DNA of 64,000 bases from Gammaproteobacteria bacterium. GTDB taxonomy: Bacteria > Pseudomonadota > Gammaproteobacteria > Steroidobacterales > Rariloculaceae. A model generated the notes under the pieces. The model did not search any database. It was not told the origin of the DNA and saw nothing but the letters and a program-made list of their open reading frames with translations. The stretch lies in the NCBI GenBank assembly GCA_963581225.1, contig CAUZMW010000001.1:3405-67404 (forward strand), in the 5' to 3' direction. A program made the position numbers and the translations under genes. Positions 8,579-16,751 of this stretch are shown piece by piece (position 1 is the stretch's first letter; each line of letters opens with the position of its first letter).

Positions 8579-10480
8579 GTGACTACGCAACAACAAAGAC
8601 GAGTCGGGTTGATGTCCTTGGGCCTGCTGGGGCTCACTTTCATCGCAGCCTTGATCGCGAGCAACACGCTGCTCCGGGGAATGCGTATCGACCTGACCGA
8701 GGCCAATCTCTACACGATATCAACCGGGACGATAGAACTGCTCGAGTCGATAGACGAGCCGATCAACCTCTATCTCTTCTTCTCCGATGATGAGACCGCG
8801 GATATTCCGTTCTTAAGAAGTTACGCGACGCGCGTTCGGGAGACCCTGGAGGAGTTCGCCAGAGTCGCCGACGGCAGAATCATCGTGCATATCATCGACC
8901 CGGCGCCGTTCTCGGAGGATGAAGATCGCGCGTCACAGTTCGGACTCGAATCAATCAGCCTGGGTCCATTGGGACAATCCGTCTACTTCGGACTCGCCGG
9001 CACGAACAGCGTCGGCGACGAGGACACGATCCCGTTCCTACAGCCGGAGAAGGAAACATTCCTCGAGTACGATCTCGCGAAACTCATTTACAACCTCGCC
9101 AATCCAGATAAGACAGTCGTAGGCCTGCTCGCAGGTGTCGCGATGACCGCAGGCTTCGATCCGCAGACCCAACAGATCACGCAACCGTGGGTGATCATGA
9201 CTCAGGGGCGGCAGCTTTTTGAGATTCGCGAGTTGACCCCAGGCATGGCGCAGATCGATGCAGATATCGGCGTGCTGTGGATCGTCCATCCGCGGGGACT
9301 GGATGAGACGACACTCTATGCGATCGACCAGTTCGTACTCCGCGGCGGCCGGGCGCTGATATTCGTCGATCCGTTCGCCGAGATCGACATGTCGACGACC
9401 GACCCGGCCACGATGGCTGCGGGTAGCCCCTCCGATCTCGGGCCGCTGTTCGCAGCTTGGGGAATCGAGTACTCGACTGAGAATACCGTCGCGGACGTTC
9501 GCTACGCGTTAAGCGTCAACGCCGGCCCGGGTTCGCGACCTATCCGCCATATCGGGCTGTTGGGCCTGGATGAGCTCGCCATGAGCACCGACGACATCGT
9601 CACTTCCGGGTTGGCGTCGATCAACCTGGGTACCGCCGGAAGTTTTAGCGTCGCCGACGGAAGCGACACGACACTCGTGCCGTTACTCACCTCGAGCACA
9701 TCCGCCGGAACGTTGCCGACGATACAATTCCAGTTCCTGTCCGATCCTGCTGCTCTGCTCGATGGCTTTATACCCAGCGGTGAAACCTACGTGCTCGCGG
9801 CCCGGCTTGAGGGTGCGCTTACGTCGGCTTTTCCGGACGGGCCGCCGGCTGCCGACGCGGACTCGGAGGACGAAGCAGCGGACCAGACAGAACTAGCATT
9901 GCCTGCACACCTGACATCGACGGACTCGGCAAACATCATCCTGGTCGGCGATGTCGACATACTGAGCGACCGGCTCTGGGCACAGAGTCAGAACTTCTTT
10001 GGGCAACAGCTGATTACGGCATTCGCGAACAACGGCGATTTTGTCATCAACGCGCTGGACAACCTCTCCGGAAGTGCCGCCTTGATCGGTATCCGGTCTC
10101 GCGCCAGCTTCTCGCGGCCATTCACGCGGGTCGATGACCTGCGTCGCGTCGCCGAAGCCGAATTCCGGGAAACGGAGCAACGCTTGCAAGCCGAGCTCGC
10201 GGAAACGGAGCAGCGGCTGGGAGAACTACAGACTGCTCGGAGCGACGTCGGATCCTTGCTCATGAGCGACGAACAGCAGGTGGAAATCGAGCGTTTCCTC
10301 GATCAACAGGTTCGCATTCGCCAGGAACTCAGAGCCGTACAGCGCAACCTCGACGTGAGCATCGAGCAACTCGGGACGAGGCTGAAGATCGTCAACGTCG
10401 GTCTCGTGCCGTTCTTGCTCACGGTCCTCGCGTTGCTATTCGTCTTCTATCGACGCCGCGAAGCGAAGACAACGCCATGA
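8579..10480 (+). CDS. GldG-like ABC-transport auxiliary protein
   Basis: 633 aa with N- and C-terminal TM anchors (LGLLGLTFIAALIASNTLL and VGLVPFLLTVLALLFVF) flanking a large periplasmic domain. It occupies the third position of a gldA-gldF-gldG-type operon. Confidence 0.7.
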   Translation: MTTQQQRRVGLMSLGLLGLTFIAALIASNTLLRGMRIDLTEANLYTISTGTIELLESIDEPINLYLFFSDDETADIPFLRSYATRVRETLEEFARVADGRIIVHIIDPAPFSEDEDRASQFGLESISLGPLGQSVYFGLAGTNSVGDEDTIPFLQPEKETFLEYDLAKLIYNLANPDKTVVGLLAGVAMTAGFDPQTQQITQPWVIMTQGRQLFEIRELTPGMAQIDADIGVLWIVHPRGLDETTLYAIDQFVLRGGRALIFVDPFAEIDMSTTDPATMAAGSPSDLGPLFAAWGIEYSTENTVADVRYALSVNAGPGSRPIRHIGLLGLDELAMSTDDIVTSGLASINLGTAGSFSVADGSDTTLVPLLTSSTSAGTLPTIQFQFLSDPAALLDGFIPSGETYVLAARLEGALTSAFPDGPPAADADSEDEAADQTELALPAHLTSTDSANIILVGDVDILSDRLWAQSQNFFGQQLITAFANNGDFVINALDNLSGSAALIGIRSRASFSRPFTRVDDLRRVAEAEFRETEQRLQAELAETEQRLGELQTARSDVGSLLMSDEQQVEIERFLDQQVRIRQELRAVQRNLDVSIEQLGTRLKIVNVGLVPFLLTVLALLFVFYRRREAKTTP

Positions 10481-11508
10481 ACAACCGGACGATAATATGG
10501 CTCGCAGGCGCGCTCGTCATATTGGCGATACTCGCCATGATCGGGCAGCGGGGACAACAACCGCAAACTCAGAGCGGCAACATGTTTCTGCCGGGTCTTC
10601 TGGAGTCGCTCGACGATGTCCGGCGAGTAGAAATTGTCGGCGCGGGCGAAGAGCGTTTAGCGACGCTAGAGCGAAACGACTCTGGGTGGACGGTCCTGGA
10701 GAGAGGCGGATATCCCGCCGATCTCACGAAGACCCGCCATGCGCTTCTCAGCCTCGCGGAAACGCAGATCCTGGAGGCCAAGACCGCCAATCCGGCGCTT
10801 CATGATCGCTTAGGCCTGGAAGCGATCACCTCAGACACGGCCGGCGGAATCGCCGTCGAGCTCATCGGCCTGGCCGAACCCGTCCGGATCATCGTCGGCG
10901 ATGCCGAGGGCGACTATCAACGCTATGTCCGCCGCCAAGGTGAAGACCAGACCTATCTGATCAACAGAGATCCCGAACTCGCTACGTCGGCTGTCGATTG
11001 GCTCGATACCGAGATCATCAACGTTGACGGGGAACGAATTCAGCACGTGACCGTGAGCCGTTCGGACGGCGAGCCACTCATCGTATCGAAGGCTGTCCGT
11101 GGGCAAGCTAACTTCACGGTCGAGAATATTCCGGAGGGTCGTAAGATACGCTACGACAGTATCGCCAATGTGATGGGCAATATTCTCGAGAGCTTGACGC
11201 TCGACGATGTCGAGCCCCTGACCGAGACGACCGATGAGGTCATCGTTACCGAATTCCGCACCTTCGACGGGCTCGTCATCACCGCGCGCTCCCTGGAACG
11301 CGACGATAGTGCCTGGGCGAGCTTCGCCTCGGCCGTAGACCCCACGCTACCGCCGGAGTCCGAGCAAACCCGCGCCGACGCCGCAGTAGAGGCGACGGAA
11401 ATTAACGAACGTGTTCAGGGCTGGCGGTACCAGATCGCGACATACAAGTTCGATCAGCTGACGCGCGAGATAGCCGACCTGCTGCAGGACGTCGAGACCG
11501 AGGAATAA
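10477..11508 (+). CDS. DUF4340-like membrane-anchored protein
   Basis: 343 aa with an N-terminal TM helix (IIWLAGALVILAILAMI). It overlaps the GldG-like gene by 4 nt. This is the usual fourth gene of this module as I recall it. Confidence 0.6.
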   Translation: MNNRTIIWLAGALVILAILAMIGQRGQQPQTQSGNMFLPGLLESLDDVRRVEIVGAGEERLATLERNDSGWTVLERGGYPADLTKTRHALLSLAETQILEAKTANPALHDRLGLEAITSDTAGGIAVELIGLAEPVRIIVGDAEGDYQRYVRRQGEDQTYLINRDPELATSAVDWLDTEIINVDGERIQHVTVSRSDGEPLIVSKAVRGQANFTVENIPEGRKIRYDSIANVMGNILESLTLDDVEPLTETTDEVIVTEFRTFDGLVITARSLERDDSAWASFASAVDPTLPPESEQTRADAAVEATEINERVQGWRYQIATYKFDQLTREIADLLQDVETEE

Positions 11509-11533
11509 TCGCGACGAGTCCGTCGCTCCAACA
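11508..11533 (+). repeat. REP element, family 1, stem variant B (ATCGCGACGAGTCCGTCGCTCCAACA)
   Basis: Shares the ATCGCG...GCTCC(T/A)ACA flanks and a GCGACG/CGTCGC hairpin with the copies at 55346 and 56926. It starts on the last base of the TAA stop of the upstream gene. Confidence 0.8.
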
Positions 11534-11557
11534 GATACGGGGACGGTCTACCTAACT
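11533..11557 (+). repeat. Half copy of hairpin repeat family 2 (AGATACGGGGACGGTCTACCTAACT)
   Basis: From ATACGGGG onward it is identical to 39237-39259; the first two bases differ (AG here, AA at 39235-39236). The complementary right arm present at 39292-39308 is missing here. Confidence 0.75.
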
Positions 11558-11558
11558 C

Positions 11559-11641
11559 GTAAAAGGTTCCGGGGTTATTTTCTCGCGACAGTGGACCACA
11601 TGCCAGCTGCTCTAACAGAAAATAAACCCGGAACCTTTTAC
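11559..11641. repeat. 25-bp imperfect inverted repeat (24/25 complementary) with a 33-nt loop
   Basis: GTAAAAGGTTCCGGGGTTATTTTCT (11559-11583) pairs with AGAAAATAAACCCGGAACCTTTTAC (11617-11641). Confidence 0.75.
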
Positions 11642-11650
11642 GAACAGATG

Positions 11651-11835
11651 CTACCAAGCCTTAACGGCTAAACCAGCGATGATCAGCCCGAGCCCTGCAG
11701 CGCTGATCAGACCCGCAAGCCACCAGAACTGCATCGGCGAGAGTTCTCGGCACGCTGACGGAAGGCGTGGTAACCCTCCGTCAGCGTGAGAAGGCCGAAG
11801 CTGATCAGCGTCCAGCCAAGTATTTCGAACAGCAT
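11651..11835 (-). CDS. Unannotated small hydrophobic ORF(s): MLFEILGWTLISFGLLTLTEGYHAFRQRAENSRR... (42 aa, 11707-11835) and MQFWWLAGLISAAGLGLIIAGLAVKAW (27 aa, 11651-11734)
   Basis: Below the track's size cut-off. Each encodes one TM-like helix. The first ATG lies 2 nt after the stop of the upstream gene. The two ORFs overlap in different frames, so this is either two mini-proteins or one ~60-aa two-TM gene with a frameshift. Confidence 0.3.
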
Positions 11836-11837
11836 GC

Positions 11838-12423
11838 CTACTCGAGCCTTAACTGGCGCCGTAAGGCCCGCTGCAATCTGAAACTCGCCTGTAGCCCGGC
11901 GTAGTAAGAATTCCCTATATCGGGATCGGCTCCGCTCAGATAGTAGTTGCGCGGTATGACCGGTAATCCCGTAGCTGGGGCTCCGCGCCGAATCTGCATA
12001 TCGATCAAGTGTTGCTCCCTGACGCTATCTTCCATCGGAAACGCATCCATAATTTCATCCGGCGTACATTCCGAACACAGTTGGAAGTCGCGCGTCATAC
12101 TTCGCGCAATGTCCTCGAGCGATTCGCACAAGTACTCTCCCGAGAAACAGTATATCTCCGCCGTCACCTTCATCACGGCCTCGATATGCTCGCATACGCC
12201 CGTGGCAAATCTCCTGCCTCCCAGACCGCCGACCGCCATTCCTGCACCTATAGAGCCCCGCAGATATCCAGTTGGTTATCGGGCCGATGTTACGAATGAG
12301 TTCGTAGACCGAAGCGCCACCGGCAAAGCCACCGACGATATCGGCAATCGTTGTACAACCCTGCGCAGACGCGTTCGAACTCCATGATGCGGCACAGAGA
12401 ACCAAAGCTGCAATCCTTTGCAT
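11838..12423 (-). pseudogene. Secreted glycine-zipper / Cys-rich protein split by a frameshift (or a sequencing error)
   Basis: ORF 12055..12423 starts with the signal peptide MQRIAALVLCAASWSSNASAQ and a Gly-rich stretch IVGGFAGGAS...NWISAG, then becomes Arg-rich nonsense. Frame -1 continues the Gly zipper as SIGAGMAVGGLGGRRFATG and runs into ORF 11838..12239. The junction is near a G4 run at about 12255-12262. Confidence 0.5.
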
Positions 12424-12577
12424 GATTCTTCCCCTGATTAAGTTGATCTACTCCACGTAGCTCAACCTAATCATCCGTCCGTGACTCAGCCATCGCCGAA
12501 TCGAGCGCGTTCCACCGGATTTGCCGGCTGCCCCGGATGGAGTAACCTCTAGCGAGTCGACTTCGTGACACGCGACC

Positions 12578-14128
12578 ATGACAAAACTCGAACCACGTCC
12601 CTTGGCATCCGCCTACGCGGAACGGATTCGGCACGCTCGCGTATACGACGTGGCGATCGAATCGCCGTTGGATCCGGCGCCACGACTGTCGGAACGACTA
12701 AGCAACACCATCTTGTTCAAACGCGAAGATCTGCAACCAATCTTCTCGTTCAAGCTGCGAGGAGCATTCAATAAGCTCGCGCATCTACCGAGAGAAGCGC
12801 TCCAGAGGGGCGTCATCTGTAGCTCCGCGGGTAACCACGCGCAGGGCGTTGCCTTGGCCGCGCAGCGACATGGTGTCCGTGCCGTCGTCGTGATGCCGAA
12901 GACGACGCCGTCCATAAAGATAGAGGCGGTGGAGGCGTTGGGAGGCGAGGTAATTCTCGAAGGTGACAGCTATGACGATGCGAACGCTTACGCGATTAAA
13001 CTCGCGGCCCAGCAAGATCTGACTATCGTCCATCCATTTAGCGACCCTGATGTTATCGCCGGCCAAGGCACCATCGCCGTGGAACTGCTCGAACAGTCGA
13101 ACGGCGTGCCGGACGCAGTCTTCGTGCCGATCGGCGGTGGCGGTCTCATCGCGGGAATCGGCTCTTACATCAAACATCACCATCCGGAGATAAAAATCAT
13201 CGGCGTCGAGCCCGTGGACTGCGCCAGCATGCACGAATCCTTCCGAGCCGGTGAAGTGGTGACACTCGATCACATCGGCACGTTCGCAGACGGCGCCGCC
13301 GTGAAACGTGTCAGCGAGGAGACTTTTCGCATCGCCCTCGAGGTTGTGGATCACATCGTCCTCGTCAACACGGACGAGATCTGTGCGGCGATCAAGGATG
13401 TGTTCGAAGACAGCCGGGTGATTCTGGAACCCGCTGGCGCGCTCGCCGTCGCGGGCTTAAAACGCTATGTGGAAACGGAGGGATGCCGTGATCAGACGCT
13501 CGTTACGCTGAACTGCGGCGCCAACATGAACTTCGACCGGTTGCGACATGTCTCCGAGCGCGCCGAACTTGGCGAACATCGAGAAGCACTGATCGCGGTC
13601 GAACTTCCGGAGCGTCCCGGTGCATTTCTAGATTTCTGCGGGACGATCGGGGCTCGCAATATTACCGAGTTCAATTATCGCTACGCGGCCGGAGACACGG
13701 CACGTGTCTTCGCCGGCATCGGCTTGAGCAGTGGCCGGAAGGAAGCCGAGACACTGATCAGCGCACTTGAGGCAAAAGGCTATCCGGTGCTGGACCTGAC
13801 CGATAACGAGCTCGCGAAACTCCACGTCCGGCATATGGTCGGCGGACGCGTCGCATCGCTTGAAGATGAGGTCCTGTATAGATTCGAATTTCCGGAGCGG
13901 CCGGGCGCCCTGCTGAAATTTCTCCAGGCGGTTGGGACCCGTTGGAATATCAGCCTGTTTCACTATCGCAATCACGGCTCGGATTTCGGCCGCGTCCTCG
14001 CGGGCATCCAGCTGCCTGAGGGCGACCGCGACAACTTCTCCAGCCATCTGGACGGCCTGGGCTATGCCTACTGGAACGAGACCGATAACCCTGCGTACCA
14101 GCTCTTTCTAAGCTCCGACGACGGCTAG
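12578..14128 (+). CDS. ilvA: biosynthetic threonine dehydratase (threonine ammonia-lyase)
   Basis: 516 aa. PLP site FKREDLQPIFSFKLRGAFNK, with two C-terminal ACT-like regulatory repeats typical of IlvA. Confidence 0.92.
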   Translation: MTKLEPRPLASAYAERIRHARVYDVAIESPLDPAPRLSERLSNTILFKREDLQPIFSFKLRGAFNKLAHLPREALQRGVICSSAGNHAQGVALAAQRHGVRAVVVMPKTTPSIKIEAVEALGGEVILEGDSYDDANAYAIKLAAQQDLTIVHPFSDPDVIAGQGTIAVELLEQSNGVPDAVFVPIGGGGLIAGIGSYIKHHHPEIKIIGVEPVDCASMHESFRAGEVVTLDHIGTFADGAAVKRVSEETFRIALEVVDHIVLVNTDEICAAIKDVFEDSRVILEPAGALAVAGLKRYVETEGCRDQTLVTLNCGANMNFDRLRHVSERAELGEHREALIAVELPERPGAFLDFCGTIGARNITEFNYRYAAGDTARVFAGIGLSSGRKEAETLISALEAKGYPVLDLTDNELAKLHVRHMVGGRVASLEDEVLYRFEFPERPGALLKFLQAVGTRWNISLFHYRNHGSDFGRVLAGIQLPEGDRDNFSSHLDGLGYAYWNETDNPAYQLFLSSDDG

Positions 14129-14296
14129 CCGCCTTCGGACGAGGATTCACGGGCCACGCACCAGACGAACGGCCCCTTGCTCCGATAAGACGACGGCTGT
14201 AGTCTTTTTCGGCTGCTCAAACTAGAAGACTAATTGGTCAATCAACGAAGTTGCAGCGTAACCTTCGAATAACGCCGTATCGCGGCTCAAGGGGGA

Positions 14297-15283
14297 ATGA
14301 TGTACCGACGAGAGTTTCTTAGAGACGCGAGCCTGGCGGGGCTCGCGCTGGGTGCGGGCAGCTTATCGGCCCAGACGATGGTTAACCACGCCGGTCGCAT
14401 CGACGTCCATCATCACTACTTGCCGCCATTTCTCGACGGCCCAACCTGGCCCTGGTCGATCGACTACGCACTCGATGCCATGGACAGGAATAACGTTGCG
14501 ACGTCGATTCTCTCAGGCACGACGTTTCCCGAGCCGCTGAACGACGGCACGCCGGAAGCTCGCGCACTCGCACGCCACGCCAACGACTTTATCGCGGAGG
14601 CCACCGAGCCTCATCCGGGGCGGCTCGGCTACTTCGCCGCCATACCGCTGGCCGACACCGAAGGGAGTCTGCGCGAAATCGAGTACGCGTTCGATACGCT
14701 CAACGCGGATGGCGTGACGATGAACAGCAGCGCTGGAAGAATGTGGCCCGGCGATCCGGCGCAGATGCCAATCTTCGAGGAGCTCAATCGCCGCAAGACC
14801 TCGGTTTTTATACATCCAAACACGACACCGTTTTGCTGCATGAACCCGCCGGGCGTGCCGAACAACGTCGCCGAGTTCGATAACGACGTCCTGCGTGCCG
14901 TGCTGAGCCTGCTCTGGAACGGCGTGCTGACGAATTATCCCGACATCAACTTCATCGTCGCTCATACCGGCGGCACCGTGCCGGCGCTGGCCGGCCGGAT
15001 TCAGGATCGCGTACCTGAAGATCGCGCCGATCTCTATCCCTATGGCGCGCTCGACAAGCTGCGGCGGCTCTATTTCGAGATTGGCCATGCGAGCTTTCCC
15101 TGGGTCGTCGCGGCTGCATTGGAGTTCGCGGGTCCGACGCAGTTACTATTCGGCACCGATTTTCCGGTAGAACCTTTTGCGACTACGACCCGCCATATAC
15201 CGTCGTTAGGACTTTCCCCCGATATCTTGCATGCGCTCGACCGCGGCAATGCCGAGCGCATCTTCCCCAGATACAGGACCTGA
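14297..15283 (+). CDS. amidohydrolase-2 (ACMSD/LigI/LigJ-type metal hydrolase/decarboxylase) family protein with a Tat signal
   Basis: Tat signal MMYRREFLRDASLAGLALGAGSLSAQT, then the metal motif RIDVHHHYLPP. Size and C-terminal FGTDFP are typical of the Amidohydro_2 family. Confidence 0.75.
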   Translation: MMYRREFLRDASLAGLALGAGSLSAQTMVNHAGRIDVHHHYLPPFLDGPTWPWSIDYALDAMDRNNVATSILSGTTFPEPLNDGTPEARALARHANDFIAEATEPHPGRLGYFAAIPLADTEGSLREIEYAFDTLNADGVTMNSSAGRMWPGDPAQMPIFEELNRRKTSVFIHPNTTPFCCMNPPGVPNNVAEFDNDVLRAVLSLLWNGVLTNYPDINFIVAHTGGTVPALAGRIQDRVPEDRADLYPYGALDKLRRLYFEIGHASFPWVVAAALEFAGPTQLLFGTDFPVEPFATTTRHIPSLGLSPDILHALDRGNAERIFPRYRT

Positions 15284-15287
15284 GCGT

Positions 15288-15455
15288 ATGACGACCAGTA
15301 GCAACCTCGCACACTCCGTCACGCGACTCGCACTCCTCGGCACGTTGGACGGCACGCTAACGGCCGAAGATATCGAAAAATATGAGCGCCACGCGAGCGA
15401 AAACTTAACACCGGACTGCGCGCATTGGCTCGCGATGGGCGAGAGGCGCGACTAA
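15288..15455 (+). CDS. possible small protein (55 aa) MTTSSNLAHSVTRLALLGTLDGTLTAEDIEKYERHASENLTPDCAHWLAMGERRD
   Basis: An internal ATG of track ORF 15231..15455, 4 nt after the amidohydrolase stop. Third-position GC bias is consistent with coding. No homolog recognised. Confidence 0.3.
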   Translation: MTTSSNLAHSVTRLALLGTLDGTLTAEDIEKYERHASENLTPDCAHWLAMGERRD

Positions 15456-15457
15456 GA

Positions 15458-15528
15458 GATCGCGGCCAGGGGGCCGATCCTACAGGGTCTTGCGCAGACG
15501 TTGTAGGAGCGGCCCCCTGGCCGCGATC
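15458..15528. repeat. REP family 1 inverted doublet (REPIN-like)
   Basis: GATCGCGGCCAGGGGGCCGATCCTACA (15458-15484) and its inverted partner TGTAGGAGCGGCCCCCTGGCCGCGATC (15502-15528). Confidence 0.85.
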
Positions 15529-15536
15529 ATCGGCAA

Positions 15537-16565
15537 CTATTCGATCGGCGTCACGAGCGTACCGATCCCCTCGACCTCTATCTCGACTGTATCGCCCGGC
15601 CTCAAAAACACCTGCGGCGTACGCCCGTTACCGACGCCCGACGGCGTGCCGGTCGCGATGACATCTCCGGGCCAAAGCGTCATCGTCCTGGTCGCGAAGC
15701 GCAACACGCGTTCGACGTCGTGAATCAGGTATGACGTGTCGGAGTCTTGCATGATCTCGCCGTTAACTCGCGTCGTTACCCGGACGTTGCCGTAGTTCGG
15801 CATGAATTCGAGCGGCACGATGTAGGGTCCCATCGGCGCGGAGTCGTCCATGCTCTTGCCTGCGTACCAGTCGCGCGCATAACGGCCGTCTATCGGTATC
15901 TGCGCCGCACGGTCACTGATGTCATACAGAATCGTGAATCCGAACACATAGTCCATCGCGTTCTCGAGTGTCAGACCTTTTGCCTCGCGGCCGATCACGA
16001 TGGAGAACTCGCCTTCCCAGTCAACGGTGTCGCGTCCCGGTGGAATCACGTAAGGCTGCCCGGGATCGATGATCGCCGAACGCGGCGATTTCGCGAACAG
16101 GAACGGGTCGTCTTCGTCCGGATCGATATCCGACGAGCCGCCCATTTCCTCCGCGTGCGCTCGATAGTTCTGTCCGGCCGCGAGTAGATTCCATGGGTAT
16201 TTGATCGGCGCCTTGATCGAGACATCATCCGGCTCGTAACCGAAACTGAGGTCCGCTGCGCGACCCGACAAGTAGTTGGCGATCTGGAACAGCCTGGGCT
16301 TCGTCGTAGCCGACTGCTCGATTAACGCCTTCATGTCGGTCGGCAGACCGACCGATGGAACACCGGCCTCCGCCACGAGATAGGCGTTGGCCTGCTGTAT
16401 ATCGAAGAGCCGATCGTCGATCAGGATGCCGACGCGTTCCGGGCCGGCGGTCGCGAATGTCGCCAGTTTGAAGCTAGCGTCGGGGGCAGCGGAGACCTGG
16501 GCCTGGGAAGCAGTCGCCATCAGGCTCAGTACGGTTAACAGACTCGCCACGAATTGGGTGTTCAT
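15537..16565 (-). CDS. fumarylacetoacetate hydrolase (FAH) family protein with an N-terminal signal peptide
   Basis: Signal peptide MNTQFVASLLTVLSLMATASQAQV. C-terminal FAH motifs include DWEGEFSIVIG and GDVIATGTPSGVGNGRTPQVFLRPGDTVEIEVEGIG. Confidence 0.8.
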   Translation of the reverse strand: MNTQFVASLLTVLSLMATASQAQVSAAPDASFKLATFATAGPERVGILIDDRLFDIQQANAYLVAEAGVPSVGLPTDMKALIEQSATTKPRLFQIANYLSGRAADLSFGYEPDDVSIKAPIKYPWNLLAAGQNYRAHAEEMGGSSDIDPDEDDPFLFAKSPRSAIIDPGQPYVIPPGRDTVDWEGEFSIVIGREAKGLTLENAMDYVFGFTILYDISDRAAQIPIDGRYARDWYAGKSMDDSAPMGPYIVPLEFMPNYGNVRVTTRVNGEIMQDSDTSYLIHDVERVLRFATRTMTLWPGDVIATGTPSGVGNGRTPQVFLRPGDTVEIEVEGIGTLVTPIE

Positions 16566-16632
16566 TATTCTTTCCTCACAAGTTCAGCGTAGGCGCGCCA
16601 TTCTAGGGTAACCCATACCGAGATTCACCGAA

Positions 16633-16707
16633 GATCGCGGCCGGACGGCCGCTCCTAAGGCGTTGCCGATGAACGAAGGGTGTGGGAGCGGCCGCCTGGC
16701 CGCGAGA
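16633..16707. repeat. REP family 1 inverted doublet
   Basis: GATCGCGGCCGGACGGCCGCTCCTAA (16633-16658) and TGTGGGAGCGGCCGCCTGGCCGCGAGA (16681-16707). Confidence 0.8.
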
Positions 16708-16751
16708 TGATAAACTTATGGCAAAGGCACACATCATGAGGGGGAAGAACA

